In this document: one piece after another, positions 19,658-26,368 of the stretch
Position numbering within the stretch: position 1 is the stretch's first letter
How the letters are laid out: each line of letters opens with the position of its first letter
Notes under the pieces: model-generated
What the model saw: the letters and a program-made list of their open reading frames with translations, nothing else
Database searches by the model: none
What the model was told of the DNA's origin: nothing
Virus record (IMG/VR): IMGVR_UViG_3300031087_000005
Location: 1-44,312 of that record
DNA from: a virus
Strand: one strand, 5' to 3'
DNA length: 44,312 nt
Made by a program: the position numbers and the translations under genes

Positions 19658-19791
19658 CAAAAACACAGCATTCTGAATGGCGTTTGAAGTCGGGAACAGC
19701 CAGACTGACCGAAACGAGGAAACGCACGCGCCCCACTGCTCCACGACTTCCATTAAAATCTACCAGCGCCTTCGTGTCCGGTCAAGCAGGT

Positions 19792-20940
19792 TTACCAGCC
19801 GATAGAGGTACCCACGTTCCAGCCAGTTCCCTGATTTGTATCACGGGTAACTGACGCTTTGACAACTACGTTACTGGAAACGCGGGCAGATACCCCGACC
19901 GCTAACGCCTGTTGCCCTTCATATCCGCCGACTCCTGCGCCTACCGCGAACGTCTGGTACTCGGTCACCTGCGGGATAGCCGCTGAACTCAGTGCCGAAG
20001 CCGTACCGGCGTTGGCTGACTTCTTCACCTTGCCCAGTTCGCGATGCAGTGATGAGAATCCGCGCTGTGTTTCCTGTTCGAGATTACCCAGGCGTTGTTC
20101 ATGGTTGGCCAGCTGCTCGGTATGCTGCGATACGACACGATTAGTGCTGCGGATAGCATCATGGTTCGCCTGAATGTTGGCGTTAGCTGCGTCAATACGT
20201 GACTGCGCATAACCACCATTGCTGTAAAGCTGGACGATGTCGCTACTGTTCTGCGTGATTCGACCTGACAACATACGGTCGCCGTCAACGCGCTGCTGGC
20301 GATCGGAGTCCATCTGGACATGCGTATCGCGGATATCCTGTTCAGTTTTATCAGCACGCACTTCCACGCCACCGACCCGGCCATCGAGCACGCCTGCCTG
20401 CTGTTCGATACCGTCCATGCGTACCGCGCCTGCGTCGGCCTTCTCGTGTGCCTGCTGAATCCGCGTATCCTGGCCTGTATCTCGCTCTGACTGCGTGGCC
20501 AGGTTGCCACTGATCTGCGCCTGCAATGCTGCGTCACCCTTCGCCCGATCTGCATCAGCGCGGGATACTTTGGTATCAGTGTGCGCAACGCTGGTCCGGT
20601 ACGCGCTCTCTGCTGTCTTATCAGCGTAACCTTTCAGGTCAGACGTCTGTTTAGCGTCCGTGGCTGACTGCTTGGTTACGCTGTCGGCTAAGGCTTTATC
20701 CTGGCGAGCCTGATCAGCCGTGAACAGGGATTTATCCAGTTTAGTTTCCTGCAGCTTTGCGATATTGGCACGGTCTTCCAGACCCCAGGACTCTGAGTAC
20801 TTCTGCAGCGTGTTCATATGCACGTCATGCAGGCCGGCGCGCAGGTCGTCCAGCTGTTTCTGAACGGAGTTATCAGAGGTAGCAGACGCAGAGAAGCAGG
20901 CGGCGACCGATAATGACAGAACGAGTTTTTGAAGTTTCAT
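19792..20940 (-). CDS. Trimeric autotransporter adhesin-like outer-membrane protein (YadA-type anchor, coiled-coil stalk)
   Basis: Signal peptide MKLQKLVLSLSVAACFSASA. About 290 aa of Q/A/D-rich coiled coil. C-terminus 'AGTASALSSAAIPQV...FAVGAGVGGYEGQQALAVGVSARVS...VKASVTRDTNQGTGWNVGTSIGW' has the YadA-anchor pattern and a terminal aromatic residue. Confidence 0.8.
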   Translation of the reverse strand: MKLQKLVLSLSVAACFSASATSDNSVQKQLDDLRAGLHDVHMNTLQKYSESWGLEDRANIAKLQETKLDKSLFTADQARQDKALADSVTKQSATDAKQTSDLKGYADKTAESAYRTSVAHTDTKVSRADADRAKGDAALQAQISGNLATQSERDTGQDTRIQQAHEKADAGAVRMDGIEQQAGVLDGRVGGVEVRADKTEQDIRDTHVQMDSDRQQRVDGDRMLSGRITQNSSDIVQLYSNGGYAQSRIDAANANIQANHDAIRSTNRVVSQHTEQLANHEQRLGNLEQETQRGFSSLHRELGKVKKSANAGTASALSSAAIPQVTEYQTFAVGAGVGGYEGQQALAVGVSARVSSNVVVKASVTRDTNQGTGWNVGTSIGW

Positions 20941-21032
20941 TATATTTTATCCAGTGTTAGTTTTGCGTTAAGGTTTACGGCACCGGGCGCTATAAACAGA
21001 ATATCCATCGCACCTCTTAGCCGGTGAAATGG

Positions 21033-21060
21033 ATATTATCACTGATAAAATACAAAGCAA
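21033..21060 (-). promoter_or_regulatory. Promoter with TTATCAsTGATAA operator driving the autotransporter-like gene
   Basis: Minus strand TTGCTT-16-TGATAATAT; palindrome at 21036-21048. Confidence 0.6.
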
Positions 21061-21063
21061 GAA

Positions 21064-21552
21064 TTATTTTTGGCCGGTTGTCAGGGAGTCGTATTGCCTT
21101 TCGCAGAGTCGCCCGGCACCTGCTGCGTCGTCAGCGTATTTTGCCAGGACTCGGTTTCTTTCGACAGATTCCCCGAGCACGTAGGCAAGCACTCTGGCGG
21201 TATCGCCGGCTGGCGTGCTGATTCCGACAGCGCCGGAATAGTCTGCGGTGATCCGTCCGATCTGGGCGAGCTGTCTGCGCAGCCTGCCGACAGAATCAGC
21301 GGCAGCGTCAGCATCAGCGCGTGCTGCAGCCATTTCGACAGCGTGGGCCCGCTCCAGCTTTGTTTTCTCAGCTTCATTCGCTAATCTCGCATCGTTATTG
21401 GCTTTGGCCTGCGCCGACTTCTGGAAAGCAATCCCTGCGTCATAGCCTTTGTTATATTGATGAACGTACAGCCCTATCAGTAACGCCGAACCAGCCGCTA
21501 TCATAACCACGGCCAGTATCAAATTCTTGTAGGCTTTAAATATCGCGCTCAT
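21064..21552 (-). CDS. Rz: i-spanin (Rz-like)
   Basis: 162 aa with an N-terminal TM (LILAVVMIAAGSALLIGLYV), then a charged coiled coil. An o-spanin is embedded in another frame. Confidence 0.75.
   Translation of the reverse strand: MSAIFKAYKNLILAVVMIAAGSALLIGLYVHQYNKGYDAGIAFQKSAQAKANNDARLANEAEKTKLERAHAVEMAAARADADAAADSVGRLRRQLAQIGRITADYSGAVGISTPAGDTARVLAYVLGESVERNRVLAKYADDAAGAGRLCERQYDSLTTGQK
21081..21314 (-). CDS. Rz1: o-spanin lipoprotein (Rz1-like), fully embedded in the Rz gene
   Basis: Alternative frame of Rz. MLTLPLILSAGC has a lipobox, followed by a proline-rich mature region. The ORF-track ORF 21081..21377 is trimmed to the internal ATG. Confidence 0.7.
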   Translation of the reverse strand: MLTLPLILSAGCADSSPRSDGSPQTIPALSESARQPAIPPECLPTCSGNLSKETESWQNTLTTQQVPGDSAKGNTTP

Positions 21553-21895
21553 GGGCTTTCTGCTGAGATCTCAGCCTCCGAAGCTCAAAGAAATATTTAC
21601 GGCGGGAACTGTCCCAGAAGTAATGGATAGCCATCCGGCGCAATGCCAGCAGCGCGAGACACACGAAAACCGTAATAGTGGTTCGCTGCGGGTAAGTGCC
21701 TTCTGCCATATGGATCAGCCCGGCTACGCACGCGAGCGAAGTCACGCTGTAGAAGAGCCGGCCGAATAGGCCGTCATTAACCCGGTCACTGAATATCGAC
21801 CAGAGACAGAAAGCCGCGATGATAGACAGGGAAATAATTGCCGCTGTCTGGTAACCGAGCGAATAAAAAACCTGGACAGAGAAGTGAGGATTCAT
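21536..21895 (-). CDS. Holin/antiholin-like membrane protein
   Basis: 119 aa, about 3 hydrophobic segments and a basic C-terminus, between the holin and Rz. Confidence 0.55.
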   Translation of the reverse strand: MNPHFSVQVFYSLGYQTAAIISLSIIAAFCLWSIFSDRVNDGLFGRLFYSVTSLACVAGLIHMAEGTYPQRTTITVFVCLALLALRRMAIHYFWDSSRRKYFFELRRLRSQQKAHERDI

Positions 21896-22254
21896 TATGG
21901 ATTGCTCCCGCCACCGAAGCGGCCTGTTATTTTATCGAATGCCTGACTTACAGCATTCTTTAACAGGTCAACAATGTCCAGTGATTTAACGGAGCGCAAC
22001 ACCGCCTGGAAGAAAGCAAAACCGAGCAATCCGAGCAAAAAACCTATCGCCGATATGAACTTGCTTCCTTCAAGGTGGAAGTACATGGCCGCGAGATCAG
22101 ACAGGTAATATGATGATACCGTTCCAAAAACCAGCAGAGATATTTTCTGTTTAAAGGTCCGGACCTCAGTACTGAGAAGCAGGGCGCATATCGCGCCGAC
22201 AAGCCCCGCTGTGATAAGATCTACCCCGTCCAGAATTTTCTGAAAGAATGACAT
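21895..22254 (-). CDS. Holin (3-TMD class)
   Basis: 119 aa with three TM segments. First gene after terminator 22316-22342 and head of the lysis cassette. Confidence 0.6.
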   Translation of the reverse strand: MSFFQKILDGVDLITAGLVGAICALLLSTEVRTFKQKISLLVFGTVSSYYLSDLAAMYFHLEGSKFISAIGFLLGLLGFAFFQAVLRSVKSLDIVDLLKNAVSQAFDKITGRFGGGSNP

Positions 22255-22315
22255 TGTGATTGCATCCCGTCACAGTCGCTAATAAGTTAGCCCCAAGGTA
22301 CCGCAGAAAGCAGAT

Positions 22316-22342
22316 AAGAAAAAGCCCCGTCGTTCGCGGGGC
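22316..22342 (-). terminator. Rho-independent terminator ending the leftward early arm
   Basis: Minus strand GCCCCG-cgaacga-CGGGGC followed by TTTTTCTT. Confidence 0.7.
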
Positions 22343-22423
22343 TGCATAAAACATGCTAAGGGGCGCTTCATCTGTCAGGACAACACTGGGTTACTTCCTT
22401 AAGAATAATCCTAATTACATCTT

Positions 22424-22756
22424 TCAGTCAAGCAACTGATCGCGCAGTTCGCAAATCTTCCGCTGAATGCGCAAGGCCTGCTCATGCCGCCAGGCTGAAG
22501 ACTGCTCAAGCTGATTTAATTTCCCGTTACGCAACGCATCGTCGGTAGCCGGGTCAAGCGGCAGCGAAACTTTACCGACGAGAATCTCCAGAAGGTAATC
22601 AATTACCGCTTCAGTCTCGCCCTGAGCGTTGCCGATTTCTAACAGGTTCTGTTCGATGCCACTGATCGCGCACGGCTTAACGAACGCTGGAGCTCCGGCA
22701 CTGACTTTTACTTCATACTCTTCAATTAAATTTGCCATCAGGATATTCCTGTTCAA
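22424..22756 (-). CDS. Hypothetical protein
   Basis: 110-aa ORF; ATG 22738 (MANLIEEYEV) is an alternative start with AGGA upstream. Confidence 0.55.
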   Translation of the reverse strand: MNRNILMANLIEEYEVKVSAGAPAFVKPCAISGIEQNLLEIGNAQGETEAVIDYLLEILVGKVSLPLDPATDDALRNGKLNQLEQSSAWRHEQALRIQRKICELRDQLLD

Positions 22757-22808
22757 TGAATGTACGCCCAGTATCCCTGGGCGTCTGCGTTACTTCAAAT
22801 CGGATAAT

Positions 22809-23426
22809 CTATGGTGACGGTAAAGACTTTTTCTTAACGGGCGCCGCTTTCTTTTTCTTCAGCAGTATCCCCTTCGGCGCCTGGTCGCCAAACGCATCCC
22901 AGCCTTCCGCCTGCTCACGCGCAAACATTTCCAGCCGCGGCACGTCGCCCATCAGCTCCAGGATCTTTTCCCTGACGATATCCGGCTTGCGGCTGTGCTG
23001 CGCAATCGGCTCCACGATAACCTGCGAATCCAGATACTCTGGTTCCACAATCAGCTGATGCACGCCGGCACTCTGGCGCTTAGGCTTACCCTTAACGCCC
23101 ATCAGCACCAGTTCAGCGTTTGCCCGCGTCCAGTGGCCCATGCCCCAGAACGGCGTATCAGTCGCCTTTTTGTTTGCCTTGATCCAGACGAAAGCGACCG
23201 TCTTAAAGGTGAAGCCCCACTTCTTCATGAGCTCCAGACCAGCAGGCAGCTGCGGCATCGTGACCCACATGAACAGCGCCGCGTTATCAGCGACAGGGAT
23301 ATTCATATCGGCCAGCGTGGCGTTATCCGTCGTGCGGTAGTGACGCTCAGCGCCGCCGCGGTTCAGTGCTTTGTCGCCATACTGCCAGGGTGGATCAGCG
23401 TAGATAACTTCGTATTTACTACTCAC
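22809..23426 (-). CDS. MT-A70-family DNA N6-adenine methyltransferase
   Basis: 'VIYADPPWQY' catalytic DPPW motif near the N-terminus, 205 aa. C-terminal tail is KKKKAAPVKKKSLPSP. Confidence 0.85.
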   Translation of the reverse strand: MSSKYEVIYADPPWQYGDKALNRGGAERHYRTTDNATLADMNIPVADNAALFMWVTMPQLPAGLELMKKWGFTFKTVAFVWIKANKKATDTPFWGMGHWTRANAELVLMGVKGKPKRQSAGVHQLIVEPEYLDSQVIVEPIAQHSRKPDIVREKILELMGDVPRLEMFAREQAEGWDAFGDQAPKGILLKKKKAAPVKKKSLPSP

Positions 23427-23667
23427 CGTTGTCTACCTCTTCCAGTGGCTCGTTCACCGGAACAAACAGGAACAGTTCGCCGCGACTAAACGCTTCAAGA
23501 ACATCTTGCGCCCGGCGGCAGCAGATCAAATCACTGTCTTCGAGAATAAATAGCGACTCTTCTTCCATTGCCGTTTTTACGTCGGCCAGATCAATTTGCA
23601 GAACCTGCATCAGCTCGTACTGTTTTGGTACCGTCCCCTGCTTCAAGTGATGGTTAATTTTGATCAT
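23419..23667 (-). CDS. Hypothetical protein
   Basis: 82-aa ORF, first gene after promoter 23700-23728 with the conserved AACGAGGAA leader. Confidence 0.6.
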   Translation of the reverse strand: MIKINHHLKQGTVPKQYELMQVLQIDLADVKTAMEEESLFILEDSDLICCRRAQDVLEAFSRGELFLFVPVNEPLEEVDNGE

Positions 23668-23699
23668 CAGTGTTTCCTCGTTTTGTTGAAGTGTTTTCG

Positions 23700-23728
23700 A
23701 TTATATCAGTGATAAACTAAAAACGAAA
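23700..23728 (-). promoter_or_regulatory. Extended -10 promoter with operator variant
   Basis: Minus strand TTTATCACTGATATAAT (TGnTATAAT) with a weak -35 TTTCGT; palindrome 12/13 at 23703-23715. Confidence 0.5.
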
Positions 23729-23730
23729 GT

Positions 23731-23754
23731 TAAAAAGCCCCGAGGTGTCGGGGC
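23731..23754 (-). terminator. Rho-independent terminator
   Basis: Minus strand GCCCCGA-cacc-TCGGGGC followed by TTTTTA, directly after stop 23762. Confidence 0.7.
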
Positions 23755-23761
23755 GAGGGTA

Positions 23762-24025
23762 TTACGGCTGCTGCTCTTCAATAAAAGGAATAGCTTTCGT
23801 TTCCCAGCATTCGATTTCTCTTTCATGTACCGCTCGCACCTTGAGCAGCATTGATTTATCGAAGGGCTGATGCGGCATCGCCGGCCAGTAGCGGAAGAAA
23901 CCGTCGCGCAGTTTAGGATGCTGTTCGTCGGTATAGCCCAGGAAAAGAAAATCCTCTTCACCCTTCGGCAATACTGAAAAACTAAAGTACGGTTCTACCC
24001 GCTGAAGCTTATTATTTTGAGCCAT
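23762..24025 (-). CDS. Hypothetical protein
   Basis: 87-aa ORF overlapping the upstream gene by 14 nt. Confidence 0.55.
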   Translation of the reverse strand: MAQNNKLQRVEPYFSFSVLPKGEEDFLFLGYTDEQHPKLRDGFFRYWPAMPHQPFDKSMLLKVRAVHEREIECWETKAIPFIEEQQP

Positions 24026-24212
24026 CAGTTTTTACCTCATCACCAAAAACATTAGTACGGGTGCGAGAACCATCGGAGCAGACCTTATCCCCGTTAACGT
24101 CCACGCGACAGGTTACCGTTTCCCCCATCACGGCGAAAGAGTTGCCCAGCGCCAGCAGAACCAGCGCGTAAAGCATAAACAGCCGGAGTGGTACGCGTTT
24201 ATTTCTGGCCAT
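24012..24212 (-). CDS. Small secreted/membrane-anchored protein
   Basis: 66 aa with N-terminal signal-like LRLFMLYALVLLALGNSFA. Confidence 0.5.
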   Translation of the reverse strand: MARNKRVPLRLFMLYALVLLALGNSFAVMGETVTCRVDVNGDKVCSDGSRTRTNVFGDEVKTDGSK

Positions 24213-24858
24213 CGTTATTGCCCTCTTTACCCTGATCAGCGAAATACGCGTTGCGATAGTGCTGCAGGGATTTGCTCAGTTCGGCGTTTTCCTGCCAGTA
24301 TTTATCTTTCAGCTGCAGCGCGGTTTGCAGTGAACGATGGTAATCGTCGCGCTCATTCTCCAGCTGTGTACACTTAGCTTCCCAGTCCTTGATCTGGTCC
24401 TGCAGGTCTGCGGCTACTGCCTGCCAGTTCATCGTTGCCGGTTTAATTCCTGTGGCCGCGAGCGACTCATACTGTTTATCGTACGACGGGAACAGATCAG
24501 GACGGTAGCCTAACGACAGATGGGTGATACGGCAGCCAAATGACGGGTTATCCGGGCCCGAGCTGCGAAGTGACTCATACTGTTTATCGTACGACGGGAA
24601 CAGGTCTGGATTAAACGGCTTAACGTCGTTTACGCAAACGTGAGCGGTACCGGAGGGCGGGCAACCTTCGTCCCGGCAAAGCTGAGACGCTTCCCGCGCT
24701 TTGTGCAGCTCCTGCAGAAGCTCCCAGTCGGCCCAGGTCATAGCGGGTAAGTATGCCGCCTGAGTTTCAGCGCTCGGTCGGCCTTCCCAGAGACTGCGCG
24801 TCTCTAAGGTAGCTTTAGCATGTGCCAGGATCGGCAGACGCTTACGTTTATCAGTCAT
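24199..24858 (-). CDS. Hypothetical coiled-coil protein with an internal duplicated motif
   Basis: 219 aa, first gene after promoter 24901-24929. 'DLFPSYDKQYESL' occurs twice. Confidence 0.6.
   Translation of the reverse strand: MTDKRKRLPILAHAKATLETRSLWEGRPSAETQAAYLPAMTWADWELLQELHKAREASQLCRDEGCPPSGTAHVCVNDVKPFNPDLFPSYDKQYESLRSSGPDNPSFGCRITHLSLGYRPDLFPSYDKQYESLAATGIKPATMNWQAVAADLQDQIKDWEAKCTQLENERDDYHRSLQTALQLKDKYWQENAELSKSLQHYRNAYFADQGKEGNNDGQK
24464..24603. repeat. 32-bp perfect direct repeat (24464-24495 and 24572-24603), 108 nt apart and in frame
   Basis: gactcatactgtttatcgtacgacgggaacag is read twice. Confidence 0.9.
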
Positions 24859-24900
24859 CGGTTTTTCCTCGTTTCATTAAATGGGTAACTCACAATCTGG

Positions 24901-24929
24901 ATATTATCACTGATAAATTATTCTGTCAA
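24901..24929 (-). promoter_or_regulatory. Strong sigma70 promoter with TTATCAsTGATAA operator
   Basis: Minus strand TTGACA-17-TAATAT with TGn; palindrome at 24904-24916. Confidence 0.7.
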
Positions 24930-25394
24930 ATACTCCCAGCGATATCCGGCGTGGGTCTTGCGCTCACCGCGACAGCAGCGGCTGATATCCCCGGCGATGA
25001 ATCCCGCTTCGACGCAGGCTTTCAGGCCGACGAAATTTAACTCCATGCCGGTTTTAACGTGGACAGCCCGGACAGGGATTGCCCGCGGGTCTTTGCGTAC
25101 GCGCTTCTTCGCCCGGTTCTCTGGTCGCTGACGCAGTTTGCTCAGCTGCACATAGGTAGAGCGTTCAGTGCGCCCCAGTGCTTCTGCTATCTTCTCCAGT
25201 GCCACTCCGTCATACCAGAGATCAAGCACCTTTTTATTGTCGGCATCTGGCCAGCGTTTGTTATAAAAGGCCAGGCTTACCCCGAGCTTAGCGGCGTGCA
25301 TTCTTACCGTGTCAACACTGACGCACAGCTCATCGGCGATCTGGTTAACCGGCATCGTACCGGCCATGCGGGCGACCTTCTGCCATGTTTTCAT
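24918..25394 (-). CDS. Multi-HTH DNA-binding protein (candidate transcription regulator)
   Basis: 158 aa with three HTH-like segments: 'VNQIADELCVSVDTVRMHAAKLG', 'LEKIAEALGRTERSTYVQLSKL', and a NUMOD1-like C-terminus 'ISRCCRGERKTHAGYRWEY'. Confidence 0.6.
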   Translation of the reverse strand: MKTWQKVARMAGTMPVNQIADELCVSVDTVRMHAAKLGVSLAFYNKRWPDADNKKVLDLWYDGVALEKIAEALGRTERSTYVQLSKLRQRPENRAKKRVRKDPRAIPVRAVHVKTGMELNFVGLKACVEAGFIAGDISRCCRGERKTHAGYRWEYLTE

Positions 25395-25404
25395 TCGTGA
25401 GTCC

Positions 25405-25602
25405 TTATCCTCGCGGGATAGTCTGCCAGTCGTGGCCGCGCTTTATCCACAACCTGAAAAGTTTATGTGCCAGCGCGGCACGGCGTTCGGTGTCAAAGGT
25501 ACCGAGATAAAGCAGCACGCCCGCTGCCGGCGTTAACCGGGCTCTGAACCGTTTACCGTTGGCGGTCCGGTTCGACCCTCGCTGGCTCGGGCGTCTGCTC
25601 AT
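25405..25602 (-). CDS. Stand-alone AP2-like DNA-binding domain protein
   Basis: 65 aa. 'GKRFRARL...YLGTFDTERRAALAHKLF' fits the AP2 core pattern (RA...LG.F.T.E.A). Confidence 0.5.
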   Translation of the reverse strand: MSRRPSQRGSNRTANGKRFRARLTPAAGVLLYLGTFDTERRAALAHKLFRLWIKRGHDWQTIPRG

Positions 25603-26045
25603 TTCTTGCTCGCCTCCTCAATATTGCGCAGGATGGCGCGTAAAGCCAGACGCAAGCCCTGCTCAGCATCGCCGCAATCCTCCAGGCAATCAACCAGCGC
25701 GTTAACGCCAGCAGTCAAGGTTGTTTCATCCTCAACCAGTTCAGCCAGGTCAGCGGCGGGGCGGGTGAATAAAAATACTCCATCAGCTAACACACCATCC
25801 AGATAGTCTATAAATAATGAAGCCCCGCACGGTATGGAACTGTTCACAATCCCTACAGCCTTTTTGTTGCACTGTGCGTTAAGCTTCGCCTCTGCTGCTT
25901 CTGCGCGGCGTTTCCACTCATCGCGCTGAGAAGTCGTAGTAACGAGCAATTTAGCTGTTTCTACTACCTCCTGGTTGGTGTAGCCCGACGAACCGTATTT
26001 TTCGGCGTACTCAGCTATCTGCGCCGGATCTCTTAACTTTTCCAT
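25599..26045 (-). CDS. Hypothetical protein
   Basis: 148-aa ORF with an ATGA-type overlap to the next gene. Confidence 0.6.
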   Translation of the reverse strand: MEKLRDPAQIAEYAEKYGSSGYTNQEVVETAKLLVTTTSQRDEWKRRAEAAEAKLNAQCNKKAVGIVNSSIPCGASLFIDYLDGVLADGVFLFTRPAADLAELVEDETTLTAGVNALVDCLEDCGDAEQGLRLALRAILRNIEEASKK

Positions 26046-26048
26046 CGC

Positions 26049-26135
26049 TCACCCCGCAACAATAAAATAGACGGCAGCCCACGGACTGAAGCACACCGCC
26101 ACCATTCCGATCCAGATAATTCCACGAACGCTCAT
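26049..26135 (-). CDS. 28-aa hydrophobic micro-protein (below the ORF-track size cutoff)
   Basis: Own translation MSVRGIIWIGMVAVCFSPWAAVYFIVAG. GAGGAAAGGG SD, first ORF after promoter 26172-26200. Its stop is 3 nt before the next ATG. Confidence 0.4.
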   Translation of the reverse strand: MSVRGIIWIGMVAVCFSPWAAVYFIVAG

Positions 26136-26171
26136 GCCCTTTCCTCGTTTCAGTATTAGTCAACGTTTTGG

Positions 26172-26200
26172 ATGTTATCACTGATAATATCAGAAGTCAG
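26172..26200 (-). promoter_or_regulatory. Promoter with TTATCAsTGATAA operator
   Basis: Minus strand CTGACT-17-TAACAT with TGn; palindrome at 26175-26187. Confidence 0.5.
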
Positions 26201-26366
26201 CATATATTTTCGGCGGTGGCATCAGCTGCCCTTTCTTCGCCCAGTGACTGAACAGTCGGGCCGCCAGCTCCGCACGTTCCCGCGTACGATGCCCGCCCAG
26301 ATCAAATTTCTCGCGCATGAAGTACCCGCACGCGCGCCACTTACCATCAGGTGCCAGCCATGCCAT
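26190..26366 (-). CDS. Stand-alone AP2-like DNA-binding domain protein (paralogue of 25405..25602)
   Basis: ORF-track start 26384 is GTG; ATG is at 26366. 'DGKWRAC...LGGHRTRERAELAARLFSHWAKKG' aligns with the other AP2-like ORF. Confidence 0.5.
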   Translation of the reverse strand: MAWLAPDGKWRACGYFMREKFDLGGHRTRERAELAARLFSHWAKKGQLMPPPKIYADF

Positions 26367-26368
26367 GA

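Noticed and set aside
19533-19753. Two overlapping minus-strand ORFs of 62-67 aa between the adhesin and endolysin genes
   Set aside because: They run through the terminator hairpin and the promoter, and neither has an SD. The region is better explained as regulatory.
20025-20588. 187-aa same-strand alternative-frame ORF inside the adhesin-like gene
   Set aside because: The host gene is low-complexity (Q/A/D repeats), which suppresses stops in other frames. The translation is R/S/T-rich with no recognisable features or SD.
21036-21048. Possibility that TTATCAsTGATAA is a host Fur box or DnaA box
   Set aside because: It contains GATAAT/ATTATC-like hexamers, but in everted order relative to the Fur 7-1-7 TGATAATnATTATCA unit. 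It also mismatches the DnaA box TTWTNCACA at key positions. Host-factor binding is not excluded, but these specific assignments are unsupported.
22166-22354. 62-aa minus-strand ORF upstream of the holin
   Set aside because: It contains the 22316-42 terminator hairpin and overlaps the holin start.
23701-23961. 86-aa minus-strand ORF
   Set aside because: It overlaps the better-supported 23762..24025 gene in another frame, and its 3' part contains the terminator and promoter.
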